A model generated the notes under the pieces. The model saw only the letters and a program-made list of their open reading frames with translations. It ran no database searches and had not been told where the DNA came from. A stretch of 64,000 nt of DNA from Camelus ferus (taxonomy: Eukaryota), in contig NC_045696.1 in NCBI RefSeq assembly GCF_009834535.1, positions 51,338,001-51,402,000 on the forward strand. The letters run 5' to 3'. The first letter of the stretch is position 1; every line of letters begins with the position of its first letter. Below are positions 1 through 13,186 of the stretch, in pieces. The translations under genes were made by a program, and so were the position numbers.

Positions 1-226
1 AGTGAATATGCTAAAGAAATTAAAAATACAGTTCAAATTCCAATACCACCATGTCCAAAGGTCTGACTTAGCATGTGTACCAGAATTTGGTTGTATTACC
101 TTAGTGAGTGGATCCTTAGTTTAAGAGTCTGGGAATATCTGTCAACATTGCAATTGTATTACAATATTGTACTGAACTTTTATAACACTATTACCAAAAC
201 TACTTTAAAAAGAAAAGAGACAAGAA

Positions 227-376
227 GGAGGGAGGGTATAGCTCAGTGGTAGAGTGTGCTTAGCATGCACGAGGTCCTGAGTTCAATCCCCAGTACCTCC
301 ATTAAAAAATTATAAATAAACAAACAAACCTAATGACCTCCTCCCAAAAAAATTAAAAAGAAAGAAAGAAAAATAA
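227..376 (+). mobile_element. tRNA-Ala-derived SINE (camelid Vic-1-like)
   Basis: Head GGGTATAGCTCAGTGGTAGAG...TTAGCATGCACGAGGTCCTGAGTTCAATCCCCAGTACCTCCA with A/B boxes, then AAACCTAATGACCTCC and an A-rich tail. Confidence 0.88.
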
Positions 377-2268
377 AAGACAAAAATTCCTATTAGGGAA
401 AGCAAGGTGCATTTTTCAGAATAAAGAGATGGATGAGCCCTTGGGGTGGAGGTGAGGCTCTGAGCACAGGCTCAGTAAGAAAAGATGGTGGCTAAGTTAT
501 GACTAAGAAGAAAAGAGGGATCTCTTTTGATCCAAAGAGATACTGGGAAGAACAAAAAGGAAAGAAGGAAAAGAAAGAATCCCAAAAAGGCTGGGCCTTG
601 CATGGGGGACAGGCCAGTAAGAGGAAAGCCCAGGTGGCAAAAGCAAATGTGGATGCAAGAGCTGGAGGGTAAGGACACAGCTGACATCTGAGAAACAGAC
701 ATAGCAAATGTCTTCCATGTCCAGGTGGATGGGCCAAAGAACCACCTATGTTTTGTCAATCTGGTAAGAGTTTAGTTTCTACAATGAGTAACCCATTATA
801 ATAAATACTCTGTATCTCTTGAGCTCACTGTTTAGAAAAAAAAAATGCTTGAAAACGTTGAGTTAAACTGCAGGGGAGGAAGTAACTGAGCTCTTCATTC
901 ATCCACTGACTCACCCCTTATTTAACAAATATGTATTCAGCGTCCACAGAGGAACTGGGAGAAACTCCTATGCGCTTGGTGAAGAGAGTCCCAACTCTCC
1001 TGACACCCTCAGTCCCACTGACATTTCTTGTCTTTCTGCTTATAGTAGCTACGTTTGAGCTTTTTTCTCCACCTCTACTACCCTAACCTTCTTTGAACAA
1101 AATCACCCAACAATTTCCTGAAAACTGTCTGCTCTAGAACAAAAAACAACATGCAGAGAGTCAGGGATTTGTAGGAAAGCAGCATCAAGGACAGTTTGTA
1201 TCTAATACCTCCTTTCTTCTATTTCTAGCATGACTTGTCATTTGTTAATTACTGTTCTCATTTTACATCTGTAACCATCTGAAGTCAGCTGCAATGTAAC
1301 TGAAAACCATGGTTGTCTTAGGGAGCCATCACCTAGATGCCATTTAACTAGCAGCAGCATGGAGTAGGAAAAAGCACCTGACTCAGAATCAAAAGCACCA
1401 GGCTCTAGTCCTGGACTGGCTACTGCATGACCCTGAGAGAGCTGTTTACCTTTTCTGTGCCTTACTTTTATCATCTGTAAAGTGAGGAGCTGGATCAGAT
1501 GCTCCTTGAGGTGCTTTCCTGCTTTAAGAATTTTCTGCTATAAAGTTTTATAGTAAAAAAAAAATATTATAAGTTAAATATTTTCTAACTCTGACAGTTA
1601 AAAAAATGTAGTACCCATTCTGAGCATTTAAAAATAGACACGTGAAAATAATTCACAGATATGAGACAAGAAGTTCTCAGAGGATCTTTAAAAAAAATTG
1701 GCACATAATGCTATTATGAAATCCTCACTTAGTGCTTTTATATTTAAATAGTTTAGTTGGAATGGAATCTCACATTCTTCAGATTTTTCTTCCAGCATGT
1801 AAATTTCCTAGACCACTTTTAACATGTCAGTTTCCACTCCCTTCATGCCCTCACTCATGATGCTTCTCCTTTCCAACACCTCCAATTTCTCTTCTTTATT
1901 CAACAAATCCAGCGTTCAGCAAGCTATCACCCCAAGTTCTTAGATCAATCACTAGGCCCTGAGAATTTAGAAACAAATTTTGAAAGAGCTTTTTTTTCCC
2001 CACTGAAGATTTCCTCCAGCATACTTGAAGAAAGGAAAAATTATCTAGGTCACCCTCCTGCTTAAAAATCTTTAGAAATTCACCTTTATTTACCAAAAAA
2101 TGCTTCAACTCCCTATTCCAGCATCCAAGGCCCTTCACAAGTTGATGAACTTGACAACTATATGCTTGATGCTTTCCAGCCACACTTCGTACCATCACCT
2201 CGTTTCCCCATTTCTACCTAGAACATCCTACTTACTGTGCAGAGCCTGGCTCAAGACCCATCATCTTC

Positions 2269-2420
2269 TTTTTTTTTTTTTTTTTTAATTTTTTTTTTTT
2301 TGTTGGCGGGGAGGGCAGATAATTAGGTTTATTTATTTTTTTAGAGGGGGTACTGGTGATTGAACTCAGGACCTCATGCATGCTTAGCATGCACTCTACC
2401 ACTTGAGCTATACCCTCCCC
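2269..2420 (-). mobile_element. tRNA-Ala-derived SINE (Vic-1-like) with target-site duplication
   Basis: Reverse complement of the 227 element with a long poly(T); flanked by CAAGACCCATC at 2252 and 2421. Confidence 0.9.
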
Positions 2421-3327
2421 CAAGACCCATCTTCTTGATAAAGCCTTTCCTGGCACTCTGTAGGAGCCTCCTCAGTTACTTCCCTCTACAAAGTTCTCAG
2501 CAGCAGCAGAGATGCATTGTGAAGTTTGTAATGCTAATCCATACCTGTACTGTTTCTAGATCTTGTTTTCCCCACAAAACTTAAGTTCTTTGAGGACAAG
2601 GGACCATGTGTCAGGCTCCTATGTATCCTCCCCAGGGCTGTCACAGGGATGCACAACTCCAGGGGGCACCATTCCCTCCTACATAGCAATGCTTTCACAT
2701 ACTACTCATTCAATTTTTCACCCAGGATGAATAACAGACGTGCTGGCAGAGAAGTGATTAAACAGAAGAATACGAACCACTCTCCACCCTCTTCCCACCA
2801 CTAAACAAATGGTTCCTTCCACCTTCAATGATTTTGGTTCAAGAATGCAAAGTTGAACTTGGGAATGAAAAGAAAATGTATTTAATTTGAAGATATTTGA
2901 AGACAAATTCTGTGTAATTCACAAGCATTAGAGAAAGCTGATACAAAGGTGTCAAAAACCTCTAAATAAGGTGTGGAACAAAAAATGGGGGAATGGGAGA
3001 AGTCATTCTTACAGGTCTGCCTTCCCAGATGGATGTTCCTTGTGTCCCAATTAACTCTCTATGTGCAGACAGTGATTTTTATCAATGAGAATTACTGGAA
3101 TATAAACCAAATTCTGTCTTCTAAAATGTAAGATGGTCCAGGGTGCAATGCTACTACATCAAAGGACAAGGAAAAAAGGAAACAAGTATGCACATTGGTA
3201 TATTTTAATCAAATAATTTTTGCTTACAATTTTCAGTTAAATTTTTCTAGTTTGGGAGTAACAGAGAAAAACAGTGATGATCATATTTCATAAGTGGATG
3301 AGATGATTCCAGGGAACAGTATTTTTA

Positions 3328-3500
3328 ATTTACTGTTAAAAAATATTTTATTTATTAATTTTTTTGTTTTTGTTTTGGGGGGAGGTAATTAGGTTTATTT
3401 ATTTACTTATTTATTTTCATGGAGGTACTGGGGATTGAACCCAGGACCTCTGCATGCTAAGCATGCACTCTACCACTGAGCTATACCCTCATCCCCAGTA
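3328..3500 (-). mobile_element. tRNA-Ala-derived SINE (Vic-1-like) with target-site duplication
   Basis: Same family; flanked by AACAGTATTTTTA at 3315-3327 and 3501-3513. Confidence 0.9.
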
Positions 3501-3595
3501 AACAGTATTTTTAGAATGTATTTCTGTATTCTTCAGGACGAAAGACATCCTAGACAAACATACTAGAAGGATTTTCATGGTATAAATAATAGTAC

Positions 3596-3786
3596 CTGTT
3601 TTCTTCCCTAAGGTCATTTTCCATGGCTTGAGTCTCCCGCCCTAACTTCTGGGACCTTGTGTAGTCTCTCCAGGCCCGCAGGACCTTCAGTTGAAACTTC
3701 CAGTCAGACAGGGTCCCAGCTTTCCCCAGCTTAATTCTATGATCAAGAATCAGCTTGTGCCAGGCAGAGAAATACCGTTTTTGACA
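3596..3786 (-). CDS. CCDC191: CCDC191 coding exon 8 (CQKRYFSAWHKLILDHRIK...LREENR); gene continues beyond window start
   Basis: Within ORF 3550..3813; CAG| acceptor, |GTACTA donor; 191 nt; in frame with exons 1-7. Confidence 0.92.
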
Positions 3787-6700
3787 CTGCAATGGAAACA
3801 TTTGGAAAATCACTACTGATTAGTGTTTCTAATATTTACTAACGAGAACCCTCTGCTCAGATTTTTCCTTCACACTTTTTCTAACAAATGTAGGAACTGT
3901 TGTCTTGATGGAAGGGGAACAAAGCATAATTCTTTTATGTTAATAATGACAAGAAATATTCAAGTTATGCAACTAAGGCACCTCATGACTTAAACTAAAA
4001 TACTTAATTCTCATTGTAAGGCACCAGTCCTATGGGAAGCTAGAGTAATCATCACATCTAAGATCTAAGTGAAGAGGCTTGTGTGAGAGGCTTGAAAGGC
4101 CTGCTTCCAACAGAACTCTCCTACCAGGTTGTCCTGGAGTTTAAAATACCAACGATTTAATTCATTCCTGTAATTAACACCACTGATGTCCTGCACAAAG
4201 GAACACGGGCGATCCCATAGGATGGAATGGGGTTTCTGGTCCCTGGGAACAAGACAGCTAGAAACAGCTTCAGCTGGGCCACCAATGACCATGTCAGGGC
4301 TTTTGTGAATAGTCCCAGAGAAACCAGATACTCAGGCTGCTTGTGATCTTGCACTATGTGCATCTGGCAACATATCAGACAAGGTCTACTGACCTTAAGG
4401 ATGTCCCCAGAGAAGTACTTACGGTCCTGGTCTAAGAAAATCTCTTGAGCTCTAGGCCTTGACTAGATCTTCTATCTTCACAGCAAACTTTATGTTACTA
4501 CTACATCCAATTACTTTCAGCTCTTGGCCTTTCACCAGCCAAACTGTTTCATACTTCTGTCTGTGGTCATACTAATTTCTCTGTCCTTCTCTGCCCTCTC
4601 TCTGCCTACTTCAGGAGGCACCTGTCTCAGGAAGCCCTCCTTTTACCAATCACTCTCCCCAAATGTTGATGCCATTCCACTGTGTTCCCAGAGGAATCTA
4701 CACTTTTGGTCAAAACACTCATCACACTGTATTATAATCACCTGTTTACTAGTTTCCACAAGACTGTGAGCCTCCAGAAGGAGGGACTGGGTCCCATAAA
4801 TGGGCATGGTAGATCTGAGAGTGGTACCAAGGGTGGGGAGCACTAAAACGGAACGTAACCTCAAAGGAGGTGACTCCGCGGGAGATACAGGAGATGCCTG
4901 CTGACCAGCTTCAAGAACTTGGTAGCCATACCAAGGTCAGCCCAATTTACTGTTTCTTTCTCTTTAAAAATACTTATCTTTCACAATTTCAGCATTAGTA
5001 AGCACCCACCACTGTGTCTGAATTTCAGAATTCTGAATAAAGTTGCTTAAGAGATCATTTCTACTTTTGAGAGGTTATAAGGAGAGAGAATATACAAATT
5101 AAAAGACCAATGACATACGGAAGCATATGTTAGAATTCTTAGAAATAGCCCATTTGGCCTGAAATCTTCTCTACATGAGAATCCAATTATACTCTCATTT
5201 AGACAAACTACAAAATCTTATTTTTTATAATTTTCCATTAGGAGAAACCATGGTAGTCTTTAAAAAGCCTTCATTCCCCTTTCATTGTGTCAAATGAGGG
5301 CACATTTTCTAGGCCTTCACCTTAGATCCCACGAAGGGAAAGGAGGGAGAAAGGAAGAAAGGGAGGGCAAAAGGGGGAAGAGAGGAATGGATGAAGAGAG
5401 ATTTGCTGAATATAAGGTATGCCTTCAGTCATAACAAGGAAAAGACACACAGCTGCCTGGCTGAGGGGGTATGCCTTCTGCATTATTATCTGCTTATCTA
5501 TCCCACAAAATACAGCATGAAAAAAAATAGTGTTTACTTGTGCACCACAGTCAAAAGAAAATATCCTGTATCTATTTACCAGATTCATTTAAGAGGTTTC
5601 TCTTAAATGGCTTGATGAAATAGTCTAGGAATAGCTAGTAATCTCTAATGTTAACTCCTGGAATATTTCTAATGATGTAACAGTACAAACATAATCCACC
5701 TTGACAATAATAGCACTACTAATGGTGTCTTTCTTGGATTTCTACGTTCTTTTTCTCTGTAAAGTTCAAAGCACCTCATGTATATTGTTTTATTAATTCA
5801 TAGACCATCATTACAAAACAGAGAGACTGCAGATATAATTATGATTTACCTTACCAAGTTAAACTTCAAATAGAGAAGGGTTAAGGATTAAATTCACAAA
5901 GTAAAGAATTAGTAGTACACCTAATGCTAAAACTGAAGCATTCTGGCATCCTGATGACCCTTATCTACTAGGACAAAGTCTCTTCTAAAGAGAAAGAGCA
6001 AATTACTTGCTTCTTTTATCCTGAAAGAGAAAGAATTTTATACATAACTTCCTAGAGTAGAAAAGCATTGCTGGAAAATATCTGAATTAAGAAGGAGAAA
6101 ATATGAGCTTATAAAATGCTATAGTCAATATATTTCTTTAAAAATACTTAAGTTCAGCCTTTGAGGGCAAAATGATCAGTTCTGACGGTCTATAATTCAG
6201 TTTCACTGCACAGAGGTTAACAGCAAAGTGACATATTAGTACAGCAACTGCTGTCCTGAAATCGACTTGCCATTGGTTTTTTTCCTTGTCTACTCAAAAG
6301 AGCAATCCCATTGAAACTTAACCCAACAAAAATAAAAGTATGAATCAGGAAAAGCCACTTGGTTATTCTTCATTCACAGCAAACATTATTCAAACAGGAG
6401 TCCCATAAATGTGTTTGGAGGAAAATATTTGGGAAAGGAAATACTCTGTCCTGTCTCCTCTGGGAGGAGAAGCTAGCACTCTGCTCTTAATGAGAAGGGA
6501 CAAGACACAGACATACTTCCACAGTCCGTCTGTTCCCGCTCTCTATTACCCTCCCCCAAGCAGAGTCCCGGCGGGCTCAGGCCAGCTTCTCTTCAGCTCC
6601 ACACTCTGGAACTACAGCAGCACTCTTGCCTTTTGCTCTTTGAAACAACAACTATTATTTAAAAACCACAATTGGGCTGGAAGAGGAATACGTTCTGTTT

Positions 6701-9700
6701 AAGCCGGGGAACTCAACGTCTTCACTAGACAGGCAACTAGTCTGACCTCCCTCCGTTTCTTACCTAGTTCATTTATTTCTGCACCATCCTTTTATTTCTG
6801 ATAGATTCTCAAATGTGGTCATGCATTCTTTCACTAACTTTGACCATCTCTTTATTATAGTTGTGGTGATAATTAACGCTTGTTTCAGGTAAGTAAAATA
6901 CTGAAAATCATTGTGGGAAGAACTGCTCCTAAGCATATATCTACAGTAATTTTTAAAATAAAATACTACAAAGTGAAATTCAGAAAGTTTTTAAATGAAA
7001 TGCTTTTCTCTCTCCTCTCAAAATCTTCCACAAGACATTATTTGGTCGTTAAGGATTCCACTCAAGAGAAGAAATGACAGCTCACCCTGCTAAATTTATT
7101 ACCTGCACTGGAGCTGCCCTCCTTCTGTTGGCAAGAAAAGCTCTTCCCTGAAGTGTAATCACATTGCTGTCACTGGGAATGATTGACGTTAGGTAGAACA
7201 GCAATTTGCTATCTAATCTTCATTGTAATTCTAATCCTGTCACTAGAGATGCTTGTTCTGATTAATGAAGTGGGTAACTCATCAAAATTCCTCAGCTATT
7301 TCCCTTTTGTCAGAAAGCTCGGTGATAATTGCATCAAAATTCTCAGTCATGGAAAAATAAACAACGAATTGTAAAGAGGACAAAAATGTCAACAACTTTA
7401 CAATTTATTTTTGCCAAATGGAACTAGCCACGGTGCAACTAGTGGTCTAGGGGAGCTGGCCAAAGACGGAATGCTAGAAATAAAGCTACACTCCCCCAGG
7501 GCCCCAACAGACTCCTTTGCTGCTCCTGGGCCACAAGGAGCAGACGCCCTAATACTACACAGGAAAGCAATCCTTCACGTCCTTTTTCCTTTTTGGGGAC
7601 CACTACAGCTAGGCAGAAGACGCCACGGATGCTAAGAAGTGCTTGGGATCTTTAAAAGGAGGATCTTTATCATGACAGAATGAATGTCCTGGGGAAGGAG
7701 CAGCACTGAAAAGCTGCTCAAAGAAAGGAGAGGAAATCACTGCGCCCCTTGCCCCCACCCACATACTTCTACAACTACATACATACTTTAGGGAAAATAC
7801 ATCCAGTTTTCAGTACACAGAGCTAAGACCTGGACTTTCTGTTGGGTCCTGTGGAAAAGCCCAGAGGCTTAGACTTTGACAACCACTGCTGTGTGAAATG
7901 CCAACACTGGCTACAGACAAAAAGCTACTTGTGTTATATACTTGAAGCTGTGATGATCGTTTTACTTCTGTATTTAACTTTTTTCCCTTCATTTTTTAAA
8001 CTTAAAAACCCCCACCTTATTACAGAAATTTAACAAACATACCGAAAAGTAGAATAGAAGAATAAACCCCTTATTCAGCTCCAAAAATGATCAGTATTGT
8101 GCTAATCTTGTTTCATTTCTCTTCCACTAGCTGGAGTATTTAAAAATACACTCTAGACATCAGACATTGTATCGTCTCACCCATAAATGCATCAATATGT
8201 ATTGCTAACAAAAGGACATTTTGTAAATTCTTACTATTTCTGCTAAGAAGTTTCAATCAATAATCTTGCTGTAATTATCTAATACTGTTTCACTGCAGAA
8301 GTAGAATTTCAAAAAGCAATTGCTTAGTCCCACCATATTAAATTCTCAATCAATAAAATGCTCTGGGGTCTTACAGAAGAATGCCCACAATGCAGCCTAT
8401 AACCTGACTCTTCGCTAGGACAGGGCTCCTTTCCCAACAAAGTCTGGACCAGTTTTCATGACCTCATGCCTTTAGGGAAGTCAGACCTACTGTTCCCATT
8501 ACATTCTCTTTCCTCTTTCTTCCCCTTTTAGACCCTCTTCCCCTCTCTACCAATCTCCACCTCCTGCCCATTCTCCCCCACTCCCAGGCCCTTCACCCCC
8601 ACTATGCCAAAAGTACGGCTTACCTCAGACTATATTAGACAAATGCTGGAGTCACCTCCAGGAGAGTCTGACAGTAAGACAATGACGTGATGTCGTTTGT
8701 TCCGCACCCATACGGTTCTTAAGATCCTTATAAATATTCACCAGAAATGTCCCATGTTTAGGGGAAAAGATACTCTATTCTGTATAATTTTAGAGAACGA
8801 GTTTATGCCAAAGGCTCTTAACTTTTTTAAAAGTAGAATTTAATCAGTACTTTTTCAAAAGACAAGGGGAAAAAAAGAACCTGAGATTAAAACAGCATTT
8901 TGAAAAGCAAATTGCAAATTTTGCAATGTTTTAGTAAACTAGCTCTCACTGTTTCTTCTGTGAGGAGGGGAAACCTGGGTTACTTGCAGCATGAGGGTAA
9001 GGAAGAGTATAATAACCAACTAAACACACAACCTCCCTGCCAACAACAACAAAACGTTACTTGGAAATTTTCCATAGAGTGGCTGTATGAAATAATACAT
9101 AATAAGGCTTCAAACCCCTTCTAAAATGCACACCACACACTGTCCCTGGCAATAAACTTAGAGGGGAGAGTTAAATGAATTCCAGTATTCCTCATGTGTG
9201 TGCCCAGTATTCCAATATTTTTCTTATTCTTTAGTTTTATTTGCAAAGAGGCTTTCTCTTCCTTTCCTTCCCCAAACATAGGACAACATTACTGAAAGGG
9301 TGGCTGCTATGTTTCAGCTCAGAAATGGTTTTACTTTTATCAGGACCACCTCTATTACACAAAAGCAAGATCTTTGGGAAGGAATCATGCTACATGAATG
9401 AAGTTCTTAACTATAGTTTTCATCACCTTGTAAGAAAAAAAAAAAAAAAGCAGGCTGCTTTTCCATGTAGTTCCGCATCACCTCAGCTGAGTTTGGGCAG
9501 CCATTTGGAAGGCACTATGCCACAAGCTTAACATCAGCAATGCCTCCTTCGGTCATTATTATCTTATTCTCTAACAGAGATAACTAACCAAACAAGCAAA
9601 CCAACATCTTCCCCCACAGAATTCAGATTTAGGTTAGTGTCAACCCATCTTTCCTTGTTTTCTTCAACTTTCACAAGCAGGAAAGATCATAGATTTTCTT

Positions 9701-10044
9701 ACCTAAAGAAGACATAAAATGTATTCCAGAATAGGGTGAGAATTAAGAAGGCCACTTTCCAAATAGTATAAGAATTTCATGGTTATCCCTTTTTGTTTCT
9801 ACTAATTAGCAATGACAAGTGGATTGCTGAATCTTCCCAAGAGATTTCACTACAAGATCAAAGAGAAAATAGGATAGGATAGAAGTAGGAAGTTTCTATA
9901 CAAAAACAGATGTTTTTGATAAAATAAAGAGGCCTGGCAATGAAGTGAGAGGGGAAAAAGCATAAATAGTACTGCACCTGAACTTGTGTTTTGGTATGAA
10001 AGCCTGCTCTGTCTCTCTCAGAAAGTCTCCTGCTAAATACTGTG

Positions 10045-10800
10045 AGAAGAGGGACCCCTCCTACACTGCTGGTGGGAATGCAGTTTGGTGCAGCCACCGT
10101 GGAAAACAGTATGGAGATTTCTCAGAAGACTAGGAATAGACTTAACCGTATGACCCAGGAATCCCACTCCTGGGCATATATCCAGAAGGAACCCTACTTC
10201 AGGATGACACTTGTACCCCAATGTTCACAGCAGCACTATTTACAATAGCCAAGACATGGAAACAGCCTAAATGTCCATCAACAGATGACCGGATAAAGAA
10301 GAAGTAGTATATTTATACAATGGAATACTACTCAGCCACAAAAATGATAACATAATGCCATTTGCAGCAACATGGATGTCCCTGGAGAATGTCATTCTAA
10401 GTGAAGTAAGCCAAAAAGAGAAAGAAAAATACCATATGATATCACTTATATATGGAATCTAAAAAAAACAAAAAGAAGAAGACAAATGAACTTAAATATA
10501 AAATAGAAACAGACTCATAGACATAGAATACAAACTGTGGTTGCCAGGGGGGAGGGGGTGGGAAGGGACAGCCTGGGAGTTCAAAATTTGTAGATACTGA
10601 CAGATACATATAGAATAGATAAACAAATTTATACTGTTTAGCACAGGGAAATATATACAAGATCTTGTGGTAGCTCACGGTGAAAAAGAATGTGACAATG
10701 AATATATGTATTATGTATGACTGAAAAATTGTGCTCTACACTGGAAATTGACACAACATTGTAAACTGACTATAACTCAATAAAATAAAATTTTAGAAAC
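10045..10800 (+). mobile_element. 5'-truncated LINE-1 (ORF2 C-terminus + 3'UTR + A tail), relatively young
   Basis: Typical L1 3' sequence (CAATAGCCAAGACATGGAAACAGCCTAAATGTCCATCAACAGATGA), G-rich tract, AATAAAATAAA tail; ATACTGTG repeated at 10037 and 10801. Confidence 0.92.
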
Positions 10801-11319
10801 ATACTGTGGCCCAAATGTGATGTTAGAAGATTAGGGGAACAACAGAATCCAGAGTCAAAGCACAAAGAATACAGGAACCAGAAGAGTCTGAACTAGAGCA
10901 ACTCCTAGAAACAGATGCTTTAAAGTCTCCCTGCAAAAGTTACTTGCCATTGGTTTTGTGCCAGGGAGCGGTTCTGTGCATGCTGACAAGAGCTTCCTAT
11001 TATCCAGCTGCTCACTGCAAGCCAGGCAGGCACTTTCCACCTTTTCATCCCGCGGGCATATTTAGGCTGCGGAGTATCCAAGTTCCATTACCCAAGGGCA
11101 GTTTCAGCCTCCTTCAGAACTAGGCCAGGAATGTGGACTGGGAACAAGGAAGTGACCCCAGAGGGCCGGCTACTCTGGTGGTGTTTACCAGAGGACAGTC
11201 CCACCTCCAGCCAAGGCTGTAAAAGCCTGAAGAATCTGGTAGGTGGATTTTCCCTTGTCTCAGTTATGTCCATATGCCCCGAGGACATCTAAATGGGAGG
11301 TTCACTAACAAGACTACAC

Positions 11320-12990
11320 ATGAGTGACATAATCACAGTCACGGGGAAAGGGAAGGAAAGAACCCACCTAAGGAACTTTGGAAACAATTTTGGCTGATTA
11401 AGGCTAAAAATAAAAATAACTGTACAAATTTTACACTATAGTTAGTAAATTTGTTTCCATAGCAGTAGAGGTTAGCAATACTGAAACTACTTTTATGGTA
11501 TACTAGGACTGAACAAATAAGTAAATATATTTTAGGTAATAAGCTCCAGGTTTCTGACTGTCAGAGAAAGATATAAACAAGCAAGGGGAAAGGCTACACT
11601 AAAGCCTGTGGTGCTGAATTAGGGCTGGAGTTATCACTATGAAGTCACAATTACTTTAAAATATATACAGATAGATACAGAAATAAGTCACAAGTAAGGA
11701 AGGGGAAACGATAGTATGACCCTTGTGTTGTTGCCCTGGAATTGGCTGTATCAATATAAACCCATGGATTTTTAATTTGTACACAGACAGATACAGAAAT
11801 TAATATAGTGTGTATGTATGTGTAGGACAGTATAAGTACATCCATTTCCCAGCTCTGTCTGCTGAGAGGGCCCGGAAACAGTGACACCCCAGTACCAGTG
11901 AGCAGGGCTAGTACTGGCTTGTGGTTTCTAAATATTATTCTCCAATAAAAGGAACCAAGATTCCATGTAGAAGTGGTTGATTCCAGAGCCAGGGCAGGGG
12001 AAATACAGGATGAGCCTGCAACATCTTGTGGTGCTAGAAAGAAAGGAAGTACCCAGAAAAGGACTTTGAAAGGGCAAAGGCATCAATCTGAAAGATTTCC
12101 TAAGGGCCAAGGCTAGAACAATTTGAGTAACAAAGTAAACAATAATATTTGAATATAACCCATCGGATAAATAGCCACAAGCCCACCCTGATGCAAATAA
12201 ATAACTGAATCACTGAATAAAGAAGTGGGGGAGGAGGGACAGTTTTTCCTTCTAGAAGAATTTCAGTGAATAAATGAAGACAAGAAGAGGGAAACACAAA
12301 ATCATTGTTAGACAAATACCACATTAATCACTGTTACAGGCAAGATCCACCAGTGGATGCTAAAACTGGTAGGCGAAAGTTTAAGGATGATAAACAGGAT
12401 ATTTGCATAGTTTCACAATATTTCCTCCAAGACTGTTACGAATTAAAAAGGGAAGAAACAGTGGAGGAAACCAGCAGACACAATCTTAAGTGACTGAGGT
12501 TGACATCAACAGAAATAAGACATATTAACAGTATGCACCCCTGACAGGAGTCACTGAGAGAGGCACAGCAGCACTGCTTACAGTATTCTTACCAAAAACG
12601 CGTAATCTCAACCTAAGCAGAAGAGAATGTCGCAAAGCCCAAACTGAGACACATTCTACAAAACACCTGACCAGAACTCTTCAAAAATGTCGAAGTCCTA
12701 AAAGACAAGGAAAGATTGAGGAACTGTCACAAACTGGAGTAGACTAAGACGTGACAACCACGGATGGAAAAAGGACATCAGTGGAAAAACAGGTGACATT
12801 CTAATAAGGTCTGTAGTTTTCTTAACTGTATTTAATGGTATTGTACCAATGTCAATTTCCTAGTTTTGAAAACTATACTGTGATTATGTAAGATGTTAAC
12901 ACCAAGGAAAGCTGAGTGAAGGGTACTCAGGAACTCCATGCACTGTTTTTGCAATTTTTCTGTATGTCTAAAATTATTTCAAAATAAAGA
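11320..12990 (+). mobile_element. Old LINE-1 3' region (L1MC/L1MD-like)
   Basis: Characteristic 3' end (...GTAAGATGTTAACACCAAGGAAAGCTGAGTGAAGGGTA...TCTAAAATTATTTCAAAATAAA). Boundaries approximate. Confidence 0.7.
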
Positions 12991-13186
12991 CTTACAAATA
13001 TAGGTTCAAATCAAGCAGAATTTGTGGCAAAGTGGAGATAATTTATTCATAGTCTCTCATTTTTAAAGTATATCAGCTGGTCCTCTTAAAGCTGAGTAAT
13101 CTGTTTTAATATGCCACTAAAGAGTTTTGTAGAACTCTTTATATGTGTCTAAAATTCACACCTAGCACTTCTTTCTAAAGCACATA

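Noticed and set aside
231..301. Apparent tRNA-Ala(AGC) genes at 231, 2345, 3420, 16580 and 23878
   Set aside because: Each is followed by the same non-tRNA 3' segment and A tail, mostly with target-site duplications and stem-breaking changes. They are SINE heads, not tRNA genes.
472..759. Three stacked minus-strand ORFs that might be CCDC191 exon 9
   Set aside because: None resembles the expected continuation (recalled as KQQLATEYNR...). They reflect a purine-rich plus strand lacking minus-strand stops.
8618..8780. Strong minus-strand donor (GAG|GTAAGC) with an upstream CRE-like TGACGTGA, suggesting a cryptic exon
   Set aside because: The ATG-initiated frames I checked stop before the donor, there is no clear acceptor, and exons 7 and 8 already join in frame.
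10033..10678. ORFs inside L1 copies (also 20743-21455 and 30340-31085)
   Set aside because: Fragmented remnants or antisense frames of decayed L1 ORF2, not host genes.
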